DNA from: an uncultured Candidatus Saccharibacteria bacterium | GTDB taxonomy: Bacteria > Patescibacteriota > Minisyncoccia > Phycocordibacterales > GCA-2401445 | Assembly (NCBI GenBank): GCA_964436015.1 | Contig: CAYTAR010000002.1 | Span: 9,521 to 73,520, forward strand | Reading direction: 5' to 3' | DNA: 64,000 nt | In this document: piece by piece, positions 42,982 through 53,400 of the stretch | How the letters are laid out: each line of letters opens with the position of its first letter | Numbering within the stretch: the stretch's first letter is position 1 | Translations under genes and position numbers: made by a program | Notes under the pieces: generated by a model | What the model saw: the letters and a program-made list of their open reading frames with translations, nothing else | Told to the model about the DNA's origin: nothing | Databases searched by the model: none

Positions 42982-43815
42982 ATGAAATCGTTATATACCA
43001 CATTTAAACAGTCTTGGTACAGTCGCTCTTTTTACGCATCGCTTGCGGATGGATCCCTTTGGCATGCACTCCGTTACTTCGGCACATTTTCTCTTTTTGT
43101 AGGGGCTCTTTTTTGGGGAATACTGCTCGCGATTATGCTTATGCAGTTGAACCCAATACTTGATACAGTAATTAAAACATTTCCTGCGGATGTTGTAATT
43201 TCTATTATTGACGGTAAGGCATACGCGAACACGAGTGTGGTTTCTCCTGTACGTTGGCCAGATGCGTACATACACGAAGATGGATATGAGTGGGTAACCG
43301 TCATTGCGGTTGAGGGGGAACAGGATATCACTAGGTTATTTCAAGAGTACAGAACTTTGAGTGTTCTTACTCATGATACGTTTGCGATGAGAAATTTTGG
43401 TGACGGAACGATTACCTTATACCCACTTGCAGATGCAGAAGATGCGGAGTTTACGCTGGAGAGTGTTACAAATTGGATACAGGAACATGAGAATACGATA
43501 CGCCTTGCTAGTATTGGGATTGTGGCTCTTTTGATTATACTGTCTCCGTTCGTGGGTATAATACTGGTTGCTCTGAGTGCGCTTTTCGGATTTGTGCTAG
43601 TTGTTTTGGTTGCAGGGATGCGTGGTATTTCTCTTTCAGCAAAACAGAAATATCTTTCTGCAATGTATGCACTCACCCCTGCGTACACTCTCTCTGTAGT
43701 AGGATTTTTTGCTGGTATTTCTGTTCCACTACAAGTAATGGCTTTGGTGTACCTTATTACGCTTATTGTGTGTATAAGAAAAGAAATTACTCCGCCAGTA
43801 GTGCTTGGGGAGTAG
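42982..43815 (+). CDS. polytopic membrane protein (DUF1189-like?)
   Basis: 277 aa. An N-terminal SFYASL..ALRYFGTFSLFVGALFWGILLAIML pattern and C-terminal TM helices. The family call is weak. Confidence 0.5.
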   Translation: MKSLYTTFKQSWYSRSFYASLADGSLWHALRYFGTFSLFVGALFWGILLAIMLMQLNPILDTVIKTFPADVVISIIDGKAYANTSVVSPVRWPDAYIHEDGYEWVTVIAVEGEQDITRLFQEYRTLSVLTHDTFAMRNFGDGTITLYPLADAEDAEFTLESVTNWIQEHENTIRLASIGIVALLIILSPFVGIILVALSALFGFVLVVLVAGMRGISLSAKQKYLSAMYALTPAYTLSVVGFFAGISVPLQVMALVYLITLIVCIRKEITPPVVLGE

Positions 43816-44611
43816 ATTGTCCAATGTGGCGCTCTACATCTATTACGTTTCTTTCATCTTCATGACCGTGTCCGTATGTTTCAATTATTCCTACCATAAG
43901 CAACACACCGATACATACCAGCATAAGTTCTATGAATAGTTTCTTACGAGGTTGTGATTTAGTGAGAAAGCGAGGAACAAGGTCTGAAAGTATAACGTAC
44001 AGAATATTTCCTGATGCAATGCCTAGTAGAATTCCTGAAACTGCCGTTGCTGATTCAAGGAAGAGGTATCCAATTCCGACACCGATAAGTATGGTTGAGG
44101 CGGAAAGGGCATTGTAGAAAATGGCTTTGAATTTAGTATAGCCTGCATTGATAAGGATAAAGTATTCCGCAATTTCTTGTGGTAATTCATGTAAAAATAT
44201 TCCAATAGTTGCGGCAATACCAACCTCTGTGCTTACGCTGAATGCGGTGATAATAATGATTCCATCAACCATGTTATGGATCGCGTCTCCTAGTACAATA
44301 AATTTTCCATCTGATACGTGAGTATGCGCACACTCATCATTTTCATGGTGGTGGTGATACTGTTTAAGTACTCGTGATAGGATGATAAAGAACAAAAATC
44401 CCAATATGAGCGCATACATACCAGCTCGAGGCGCTTGTTCAAGTGTTTCGGGGATCAGGTCAAAGAATACGAGTCCTATGAGTACACCAATGGAGATACT
44501 TACAACATAGCGCACGTATTTTTGGAGTAGGTTGATGCGTGAGCATATAATGATGCTCCCGAGTGCGCCCAAAACAGTTATTACTGATGCGATGATGCTT
44601 TGTATGAGCAT
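43787..44611 (-). CDS. ZIP family metal (zinc) transporter
   Basis: HNMVDGIIIITAF, HELPQEIAEYFIL, and a His-rich loop YHHHHENDECAHTH. Confidence 0.8.
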   Translation of the reverse strand: MLIQSIIASVITVLGALGSIIICSRINLLQKYVRYVVSISIGVLIGLVFFDLIPETLEQAPRAGMYALILGFLFFIILSRVLKQYHHHHENDECAHTHVSDGKFIVLGDAIHNMVDGIIIITAFSVSTEVGIAATIGIFLHELPQEIAEYFILINAGYTKFKAIFYNALSASTILIGVGIGYLFLESATAVSGILLGIASGNILYVILSDLVPRFLTKSQPRKKLFIELMLVCIGVLLMVGIIETYGHGHEDERNVIDVERHIGQSTPQALLAE

Positions 44612-44656
44612 GAGAGTACTATATCATGTGGCAGTATGTGTTGCTATACTATAGGA

Positions 44657-45331
44657 ATGCGAGAATATAGGGGTGTATTTGTGTTTTTCATATTGGTCAT
44701 TCTTGCCGTCATCGCGGTGTTACTTTTTATATTTGGGAGAGAAATAGAACGCGCGCCATTAGTTATTGTGAGTAGTTCATATGAACAAACTAGTGTCTTA
44801 ACGCTTGTAAGTGGAGGGGTGGTTGCCGATGCTCGCATGTACTGCGAATCAGATGGGGGAGTTTTCAATGAGTGCGGGCCTTCTTTTTGTGAAATTACCA
44901 GTACAGGCAATCGAGAGTGCGTGTTTGATGGTGGGTGTTCACTCACTTGCACGTACCCACCGCCACCGATTACACTGTCCATCGTTCGACCTATTAGAGA
45001 AGCTGTCTTAGGAACTCGCTTTGCACTTTCATGGGAATTAGCAACAAAAACACCACCAGTTGCGGTGATTAGGTTAGTATCGTCTGACGCTACATATTCT
45101 TGGCCTGTGGGGGTGGTAAGAAAGGAAGTAATTGAGTTGGGTGAGTTTATGTGGAATACGGGACAGAGTATTGGTGGAGGTGAGCGGGAAAAGATTGAGG
45201 AGGGGGAATATTATTTCGTAATTGATGCGTATGACGGTGAGGTGTGCGTACTTAGTGATTGTGATGCGACAAGTTCAGCTTTTCTTTTTTCAGCAACAAG
45301 TTCCAGTTTTTTAATAAAAAAGATTGAGTAG
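44657..45331 (+). CDS. membrane-anchored secreted protein with a C-terminal Ig-like domain
   Basis: The start MREYRGVFVFFILVILAVIAVLLFIF is preferred. A Cys-rich segment, then ..FALSWELATK..EFMWNTGQS..EEGEYYFVIDAYDG, a domain shared with the next gene. Confidence 0.5.
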   Translation: MREYRGVFVFFILVILAVIAVLLFIFGREIERAPLVIVSSSYEQTSVLTLVSGGVVADARMYCESDGGVFNECGPSFCEITSTGNRECVFDGGCSLTCTYPPPPITLSIVRPIREAVLGTRFALSWELATKTPPVAVIRLVSSDATYSWPVGVVRKEVIELGEFMWNTGQSIGGGEREKIEEGEYYFVIDAYDGEVCVLSDCDATSSAFLFSATSSSFLIKKIE

Positions 45332-45369
45332 CAATTGTACACAGGAGAGTATTTGAGTGCTTAAATCTC

Positions 45370-45903
45370 ATGTATAATATATGCATGAGATACACAAGTA
45401 TTGTTTTTATATTGTCATTTGCCTTTCTTGGTACTGTTTCAAGTATGGGTATTGTGCATACGGTGTCACTCGATGCAAAACTGGGTTCACTTCGATCCGA
45501 GGTGATGCAGTTGCAGTATGAAGTTCAGAATGCAACGAAATCAACTGCAAAAAATGATTCACAACTTGCGTATAATGATGGACCTGTTGAGATATCAATC
45601 ATTTCTCCAGTAGACAGCAAGGATGTGTGTAGAGGGGATAAAATGTCTATTGCGTGGATAAATTCTGGATTAAGAGAGGTGGGGGTATCGGTTGTAAAAG
45701 AGAAAAGTAAAGGGGTGCAGATAGGAAGTGTTCCTGTACAGACAGGAAAGCCGAGTGAATTTTTATGGGATGCTGGTATGAGTATTCAAGGGGAAGAGTT
45801 GCCTGATGGGGAGTATAGTGTGATTGTGAGCGGGGCAAACGGACAGAGCGAGTTTGCGACGGACATATCATTAGAGCCAATTATACTTAAAACATGTAGT
45901 TAA
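45370..45903 (+). CDS. secreted protein, paralogous C-terminal Ig-like domain
   Basis: A signal peptide, then MSIAWINSG..EFLWDAGMS..PDGEYSVIVSGANG. A terminator follows at 45902-45927. Confidence 0.5.
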   Translation: MYNICMRYTSIVFILSFAFLGTVSSMGIVHTVSLDAKLGSLRSEVMQLQYEVQNATKSTAKNDSQLAYNDGPVEISIISPVDSKDVCRGDKMSIAWINSGLREVGVSVVKEKSKGVQIGSVPVQTGKPSEFLWDAGMSIQGEELPDGEYSVIVSGANGQSEFATDISLEPIILKTCS

Positions 45904-45954
45904 AAAACCGCCTTCGGGCGGTTTTTTGTTATACTGAGAGTGTTATTTATTAAT

Positions 45955-46371
45955 ATGTACAAAAGCATGTCGTTACTTCATGAGTTTAAAGAGTTTGCAC
46001 TTCGGGGAAATGTGTTTGATCTAGCAATTGGGGTAGTGATTGGAGGCGCATTTGGGAAAATAGTCACCTCACTCGTCTCTGACATCATCAGTCCAATTAT
46101 TGGGAAAATTACGAGTGGGGTTGATTTTAGCACCCTCTCATTGGTCATTGGGGTAGGCAGAGATGGGAGTGATATTGTTATCAAATATGGCTCATTTATA
46201 ACCGCAACCATTGATTTTGTTATTATTGCTTTTTGTATTTTCTTGGCAGTAAAGCAGGTGAATAGGTTTAAGAAAAAGGAAGAAAAGAAAGAATCAGAGA
46301 AAACGGTTGTGCCCCCTGAAGAGGTGTTATTATTGAGAGAAATTCGTGATCATCTAAAAAATACAAATTAG
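45955..46371 (+). CDS. mscL: large-conductance mechanosensitive channel
   Basis: [50 protein letters not shown] -10 element at 45930-45935 argues against the GTG start at 45940. Confidence 0.85.
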   Translation: MYKSMSLLHEFKEFALRGNVFDLAIGVVIGGAFGKIVTSLVSDIISPIIGKITSGVDFSTLSLVIGVGRDGSDIVIKYGSFITATIDFVIIAFCIFLAVKQVNRFKKKEEKKESEKTVVPPEEVLLLREIRDHLKNTN

Positions 46372-46432
46372 TGGCATCACTCAGTGTAACCTTGTATACT
46401 ATCTGAGTTATTAATATAGTTATTATCGTAGT

Positions 46433-47122
46433 ATGAAAAAATTTATTATCATTGCTGTGCTCCTTATTCTCGGGTATGTTGCATACTCATTCTTAACTTC
46501 TGGATCAGAACAAGAATTAACGGGTGCTGCGATAGTTACTCCTGGCGGAGAAATACAAGCACCTATTGATCTTTCTACCACAGACCAGTTTGGGGTGGTA
46601 GCTACCGAAAGTAGCATTAAGTGGGAGGGAAGCAAAAAGATTATTCTCAACTATTTTGACCGAGGAACTATCAATGTGTTGAGTGGAACCCTTGGTTTAG
46701 TTGACGGATCGCTTGCGGGTGGTGAGGTGGTGATTGATATGAGCAGTATTGTCGCAACCTCAAATGGTCAAAATGATAATACTAAGAATTCTGGATTGGA
46801 AGGCCATTTGAAATCAGCAGATTTCTTTGATGTTGCAGTGCATCCAACTGCAACCATTGTCATGACAAAGGTTGAAAAGACAAATGGTGCAAATGAGTAT
46901 TCAATCACTGGAGATGTTACCATCAAAGGAAAGACAAACTCGGTTACCTTTCCCGCAACAGTATCGCTTGTGAACGGTGTGGTTACAGGAACCGCTAAGA
47001 TTACACTTGATAGAAGTTTGTGGGATGTACGGTTCGGTTCCGAGTCATTCTTTGATAATCTCGGAGATAATGTCATAAATGACAACTTCACTCTTGATAT
47101 TACGCTTGTAGCAAAGAAATAA
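46433..47122 (+). CDS. YceI-like periplasmic/lipid-binding domain protein
   Basis: Signal anchor. SIKWEGSK.., LEGHLKSADFFDVAVHPTATI, YSITGDVTIKGKTNSVTFPATV. Confidence 0.8.
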   Translation: MKKFIIIAVLLILGYVAYSFLTSGSEQELTGAAIVTPGGEIQAPIDLSTTDQFGVVATESSIKWEGSKKIILNYFDRGTINVLSGTLGLVDGSLAGGEVVIDMSSIVATSNGQNDNTKNSGLEGHLKSADFFDVAVHPTATIVMTKVEKTNGANEYSITGDVTIKGKTNSVTFPATVSLVNGVVTGTAKITLDRSLWDVRFGSESFFDNLGDNVINDNFTLDITLVAKK

Positions 47123-47137
47123 AAGTATACAAAGTAC

Positions 47138-47171
47138 AAAAAAACCGAAGATACTATCTTCGGTTTTTTTT
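47138..47171. terminator. bidirectional intrinsic terminator
   Basis: AAAAAAACCGAAGATA-CT-ATCTTCGGTTTTTTTT. Confidence 0.8.
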
Positions 47172-47179
47172 GTAGCTAG

Positions 47180-47908
47180 TTATTCGTGAGAATAGAGATT
47201 AGAAACTTCCTCAAGTTGCTCTTTGCTTCCGATGTCAAACCAGCGTTCAGTAAAAGGGTATGCATACACACTTCGCTTTTCAACAAGCCAGCGAATAAAA
47301 TCACCTAAATTGTCGTGTGCTGAATATTCTTGCATCATAAGGGGAATGTCTCGCACATCTTCTTTTTTGAAAATGTAGCACGCAGTGCTCGCGAGGGTTG
47401 ATTTCGGATGTTCGGGTTTTTCTTCAAATCCGATAACTTTGTTGTCAGAATCTAGCTCAACAACGCCGAATTTCTTTGCAACTGCTTCTTTTTTCTCAAG
47501 ATCCCGTGATGCCACAACAGAAGCATTTGTTTTTTCAAATACCTGAATTAGTTCAGTAAGTGAGAATTCAAAAAGGTTGTCTCCTGCAATGACCATTACG
47601 TCGTCATCAGTACCAAAAATTTTCGATGCAAACGCAATTGAACCTACCGCTCCAAGCCGTGTTTCATTTGTTTTGGTGCCATCATTGATTATTTCCACCT
47701 TTCGAGGTGAGTGCTCCTTCCACTCAAGAAAATGAGTGTAGAATTTGTCATTGGTTATTATGTAAATATCAGAAATGTCTTTTGGAAGTTTATCCAGGAT
47801 GTGTTCAAGGAGAGGTTTATTTCCAACAGGGAGAAGGGGTTTTGGGGTGTTAAGGGTTAACGGATAGAGACGTGTTGCATACCCGGCGGCAAGAATAAGG
47901 CATTTCAT
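47180..47908 (-). CDS. sugar-phosphate nucleotidyltransferase (RmlA/GalU-like)
   Basis: MKCLILAAGYATRLYPLTLNTPKPLLPV (G-x-G-T-R-L type motif). The start at 47908 is preferred over 47971. Confidence 0.8.
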   Translation of the reverse strand: MKCLILAAGYATRLYPLTLNTPKPLLPVGNKPLLEHILDKLPKDISDIYIITNDKFYTHFLEWKEHSPRKVEIINDGTKTNETRLGAVGSIAFASKIFGTDDDVMVIAGDNLFEFSLTELIQVFEKTNASVVASRDLEKKEAVAKKFGVVELDSDNKVIGFEEKPEHPKSTLASTACYIFKKEDVRDIPLMMQEYSAHDNLGDFIRWLVEKRSVYAYPFTERWFDIGSKEQLEEVSNLYSHE

Positions 47909-48077
47909 ATTCTCCAAAGCATACCATAGCGTCCCTTTTTTGGTAAAGGAATAGTGTAATGCTATCCACATGGAAGACTGTCAAGATATAGGTAAGGGGA
48001 TACAATAGATATATCGACCCCCGAGGTTCGGTATTTGTCGTATCTCGACCCTCGAGATATGGCTTAAATAAAGAAAA

Positions 48078-48506
48078 ATGAAAAAAATGTCAGACAGATT
48101 CATAACACTCAAGGAAGCTGGTGAATTATCAGGATACAGTTCGGACTATATTGGTCAATTAATCCGAAAAGGAAAACTTCCAGGACAGCAGGTGTATTCA
48201 AACGTTGCCTGGGTAACGACACCTGAAGCTGTGCTTGAGTATATGGAGGGGAGTAAGAGAAAAACACAGAGAAACTCGGAAGATCTGTTATTGCGCATAT
48301 TGAGGGGTGCATACATGTGCGCACTCTGGTTAGTTATTGTGATAGGAGGAATGTTCAGTTTATTTCTGTTTTACATGACATCAGTAAGTATTGATGCACG
48401 ACTCCAGTCTGCTATTCAAACAGAAGTTGAAGAACGTATCGTTACTGAGTTTGCCCAAGATACGAATGAGCGTTTTGTTTCATTTTCTTCACACATATTG
48501 CAGTAA
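48078..48506 (+). CDS. membrane-tethered helix-turn-helix protein
   Basis: An excisionase/MerR-type HTH, FITLKEAGELSGYSSDYIGQLIRKGKLPG, followed by TM helix MCALWLVIVIGGMFSLFLFYM. Confidence 0.6.
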   Translation: MKKMSDRFITLKEAGELSGYSSDYIGQLIRKGKLPGQQVYSNVAWVTTPEAVLEYMEGSKRKTQRNSEDLLLRILRGAYMCALWLVIVIGGMFSLFLFYMTSVSIDARLQSAIQTEVEERIVTEFAQDTNERFVSFSSHILQ

Positions 48507-50447
48507 ATGATAATCGATAGACCAAAACAGCTGAAAACAGTAGAAGATGCTCTCACTATAAATATGAGAAGTTTTTCGGTGTATCGCATATTAAGTAATT
48601 CATTCAGAACAAGTTTTATGTATCGCGGGCTCGGGAGTCTTTTACTACTCTCGGTGTTAGCTCCCTCAGTGATTCCCGTTTTTGTATATGCTGACGAGAT
48701 ACCAGTAGCTACAGTAAGCACTTCAACCAAAGAGTCTATCGTGCAAGTGGACGTAGATCCTGTTGCTAAGGTTGATTCAAAAGCAGAAGAAACCATCGTT
48801 CCTGTAGATGATTCAGATGAAGGGGGTGTTGAGGAAAATGTGTCAGAAGAGAGTGGTGTTGAGATTAATGATTCTAGTATAGAACATGAGGAGATAGAAG
48901 AAGGTGATGTTAAGGAAAGTGTAATAGAGGAAGAAATCCAGCTGATAGAAATTGCAAGCTCAACGTTGTCTGTTGAGGATGTAAGTGCTACTAGTACCCC
49001 CGCAACCTCAACTCCAATAATAATGAATGAGGAGTCTCAAGTTGGTACTACTACAGTTAGTACTTCCACAACAACACTCGTAGCGAGTACAACAAAAAAT
49101 GAAATAGAAATTTCAGAGGATGAGGGAGTGGCAACAAGTTCTAATAAACTTACGGAAGAAGGTAATACTGCGGGCGCGAGCGGAACAAGCTCGCCCATGT
49201 TAACTGTTGATCCGGCAGACCTTATACCTCCTGATATTACTATTGTTGGCAATAACCCGGCGTTTGTGGCTGTTGGTGTGCAGTATGTTGATCAAGGAGT
49301 CCTTGTAAATGACAACAAAAGCAATAACTTGGGCCACACAATTCGTGTAAATGGTATAGAGGTTGATACGGTAACGCTTGATACAAGTACCACCAGTGAA
49401 TACGCAATAACTTATGTGGCGGTAGATCAAGATGGAAATACAGCAGTGGCAGTCCGAACGGTATTTGTTGGTATCGCAGAAAGTAGTATAGGGGAAGGCG
49501 TGTTAATGGAAAATGGTGTTGCGGGAGGAAGGGCTTCTTCAACTACAGATACCGTTGATGTGGTTTTTGAAGAAAACCATGATTTTGTACCCCAACAAAA
49601 TATTGAGTTTAATCTTTTGAATAAACATGTGTTTTCTGAATCTGATTGTGTGGTAGTGGGGAACGGTGAGTTTTACTGCGTAACCTCTGAGGATGCAAGA
49701 ACAAAGACAACAAACAACACTTCTCCAGTAGTGTTTGCAAAAAAATCAGACCAAGGGAATAAAGAAATATATTTCAATAATGGAGAATCACTTGTACAGA
49801 TCACTAACAATGACTTTGATGATGATCGACCCGTGTATGATGCAATTACTGGTATCATTGTGTGGCAATCACTCCGAGGCGATCGTTTGCAAATAGTATC
49901 CTACAATACCGTAACGGGAGTTGAGGTGGAGATTACTAATACTCCATATAACAACAGCAACCCTCATGTGCAGGGAACGACTGTGGTGTGGCAAGGGTGG
50001 GTAAATAATAACTGGGAAATATTTGTTGCTGATGCGACACGGAAAGCAGAAGACACTCTAGAGCCGGTAACGCGTAATGTGTGGAACGATATGTTTCCAC
50101 AGGTAAAGGGAGATATTGTCACCTGGCAGTCACGAGTAAATGATGCATGGAAAGTGTTTATCTATGATATCCGTACGAAAGAAATATCCGAGGTGGCTGT
50201 TCCTGCTGGGGGAAGTATTGAGAATCCCCGATTCGTTATTTTAGTTGAAAACAGACTTACGAATGGTGATGTAGAGACTTATGGGTATGACATTACTACG
50301 AAAGAAACATTTCCACTTGGTGCAGAGCGAAGGGCTACGCAAGAGATTCCAGAAAATCCGGCACAAACGGAGCCAACCGTGCTTCCTGTGGTGCAGGAGG
50401 TTAGAGCTCCGAAAGACGATGAGGGTGGAGTAGATGATACATTATGA
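48507..50447 (+). CDS. surface protein: acidic linker, Ig-like (DUF5011-like) domain, beta-propeller-like repeats
   Basis: Signal anchor LGSLLLLSVLAPSVIPVFVYA. PPDITIVGNNPAFVAVGVQYVDQGV..YAITYVAVDQDGNTA. Repeated xVWQ blades (IVWQSLRGDRLQIV, VVWQGWVNNNWEIF, IVTWQSRVNDAWKVF). The start may be internal (48564 or 48618). Confidence 0.7.
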   Translation: MIIDRPKQLKTVEDALTINMRSFSVYRILSNSFRTSFMYRGLGSLLLLSVLAPSVIPVFVYADEIPVATVSTSTKESIVQVDVDPVAKVDSKAEETIVPVDDSDEGGVEENVSEESGVEINDSSIEHEEIEEGDVKESVIEEEIQLIEIASSTLSVEDVSATSTPATSTPIIMNEESQVGTTTVSTSTTTLVASTTKNEIEISEDEGVATSSNKLTEEGNTAGASGTSSPMLTVDPADLIPPDITIVGNNPAFVAVGVQYVDQGVLVNDNKSNNLGHTIRVNGIEVDTVTLDTSTTSEYAITYVAVDQDGNTAVAVRTVFVGIAESSIGEGVLMENGVAGGRASSTTDTVDVVFEENHDFVPQQNIEFNLLNKHVFSESDCVVVGNGEFYCVTSEDARTKTTNNTSPVVFAKKSDQGNKEIYFNNGESLVQITNNDFDDDRPVYDAITGIIVWQSLRGDRLQIVSYNTVTGVEVEITNTPYNNSNPHVQGTTVVWQGWVNNNWEIFVADATRKAEDTLEPVTRNVWNDMFPQVKGDIVTWQSRVNDAWKVFIYDIRTKEISEVAVPAGGSIENPRFVILVENRLTNGDVETYGYDITTKETFPLGAERRATQEIPENPAQTEPTVLPVVQEVRAPKDDEGGVDDTL

Positions 50448-53400
50448 CCCTACGCGCATTGAGAAGAATTTGGGTGAATAAAAAAAAATGGGGAGCACGC
50501 ACGGTGGCGGTTTTTATTGTGTTCACTTTTTTGTTTTCTGATATCTCACAGTTTATTCGTATACCATGGGGTACTATTTTCAGAGCTGAAGCTGCACCTG
50601 TTTTGATTGAGGATACACTCACCATAGTAGATGACTCCATGTTGAATACTTCACCCACAACCGTTTTTATCAGTGATACGGTTGGGTATACTTTTTTTGT
50701 AGATAATGGAAATGCGTGTAGGTATGCCTCAACAACAGATGCGGGGGCTACATGGAGTCTGGCATACACCGTTGACTCGGTTAATACGACAGATTGTTTT
50801 CGTGTCGCGGTGTGGTATGACCAATGGACTCCTGGAGATGATACCGGTACGGTGATACATATTGCAACTCTCGATACGGGCGATGATGATATTTTCTATA
50901 CATCACTTAATACCGTAACTAATCAACTTTCCACAACAGTGATCGCGACAAATCAGGCGGGTACATTTGCTGCGGGTACTAACTATCATTCAATTACGAA
51001 AGGTGGTGATGGAAACTTGTACATGGCTGCAAATGATGCATCGGACAGTTGGATAGTTCGGTGTACGGGCACCTGTACGAGTGCGGGTAATTGGTCAGAA
51101 ATTGCTAATCCGTACGAATTACAGAATGATTGGCCACTTCTTGTGCCGCTTTTGAATGGAAACATAATGACCATACGAATGGATTTATCAGGAAATGATT
51201 ATGACTATAACATTTGGAATGGTTCTATATGGAGTGGATGGACAACTATCTTAACAACCGCGGGTGAGAATGCAACTTTTGATGCTCATTTTGGGGCAAC
51301 GATAGATAAGAGAACAGGGGATGTGTACTTTGTTGGGGTAACTGATAATGCGACGTTGGGAACCGATGACGATATTCGTACCGCATACTACAACCACCAT
51401 AACGGTACGTGGAGTGTGATGGGTAATGTGCTTACTAATGATACAAAAGGTATACGAGACGCTAAAATATTTTTTGACCAGAATTCTGGAGATGTGTATG
51501 TTACCTATTCCGCACTCACCACTCCAAATAGTGCGACAACTGGTAATGTGTACTATAAATATTCAACTGACGGTATGGTTTCGTGGAGCAGTGAGGTACA
51601 GGTAAATACCGTCTCAGGCAACTTGTTTGGTGCGGGACACAATAACTTAATGAGTACTGAGCGTGCATATGTTACATGGAAAAACATATCGGGCGATGAT
51701 TTGTTTGGAGAGACTGTAGTTAATCTTTCTCCGCCTGCGCTTGAGCAGTACTCATATCGATGGTACGAATCTGCGACAAGTACTGCTCCAGGTGCACCTC
51801 TTGCAAATGCAAACACGACCGCAACGTCAACAGAGAGGGGTACGCCATTTCGTCTCCGTATCGCTCTCGATATAGACGATTCAAAAATTGCTTCCAGTTC
51901 TCTCTCTTTTAAACTTCAATATGCAGAGCGGAGTGGGATTTGCGATATTTCTTTTACCGGGGAAACGTACACTGATGTTCTTACTTCAAGTGGGGCAGTG
52001 AGATTTTATGATAATACTGGTGTTGCCTCTGGGGTACAAGCGACGGTGTCTGCGAACGAACCTATTCCGAGTGAAGGTTCTTTTTCTTACCAGTCATATA
52101 TTGAAGGTGGGACATTTACTAATACGTATGGAAGTATCGCAACGAGTAGCGACGGCCTATGGGATTTTTCTTTAATCGATATTTCTTCACCTGAAGAAAC
52201 CCGGTACTGCTTCAGAGTGGTGTATGCGGACGGTAGCACGCTTGAATCATACTCTGTAATTCCTGAACTTATTACCCCATCGCGTCCACCAATTGTTACT
52301 CAGGCGCATTTTCATTTCAGAAATGATAACGGAGGAGAGGATGATGCAACGTCAGCTACAGGAGGGGTTGAGGATACAAATCTTTTTGGTGTATTTCCAA
52401 CCACCACAATACGTATGCGTATTGGAGTTGAAAATAGAGGGTTAAGCACATCAAGTCCAATTCAGTATCGTCTTGAGTACGCGGAAAAAGGCGCGAGTTG
52501 TGAAGTAAGTACAGGCTGGACTGATGTTGGAAGTTCTGGAGGAGCTTTCAATATGAATCCAATTGCAAACTTAACAGAGGGAGGAGATACTACAGATATT
52601 GCGATTGCGTTAGGAGGTGTGAGTACTAATGAATCTTATTTCGTAAGTCCAAACGGTGGTGTTCGAGATACAAATTCACAGACCAGTGCCATAACGCTTG
52701 GTCCTGATGAGTATACTGACCTTGAGTATTCAATTACCGCGACAGGTGACTCAAATGAGGGAACAACATACTGTTTTAGGATAACCGATGCAGGGTCGGT
52801 GATTGATAGTTATAGTGTGTATCCACAGATAACTATGGCTGCTTCAGTAGAAGTATCAACTATCGGTAGTCAGGTGACATCAGTCAATGCAGGAACTAAT
52901 AATTTTTATGTGGGTGGAGCTTTTGTGATAACTGATGGAATAGGAGGGCATTCTGTTACGAGTATTACCATTGCCGAACAGGGAACCGTAGATGCTGGAA
53001 GTAATATAGAAAACATACGCTTATACTACGATCTTGATACGACATTTCCATATGATTGTAGTAGTGAGTCATATGGGGGAGGTGAGTTGCAGTATGGCGC
53101 CACAAGTACCAGTTTTTCCTCCGCAGATGGGACCGCAACTTTTAATGGGTCAGTAGGCATCGATACTGATCAGTCATTATGTTTGTATGTAGTGCTTGAT
53201 ATTGCGAGTGGAGCGAGTGACGGCGAGACTCTTGAAATAGAAATTCCAAATGCAAGTACTGATGTTGTGGTAAGTGATAATCCATCAATTTCACCAACTA
53301 CCTTTGTTCGTTTAGCGGATACAACAACCATAAATAGCTCTGTATTAGATATGACTCATTTCCATTTTAGAAATAATGACGGAGGGGAGGGTGATGCAAC

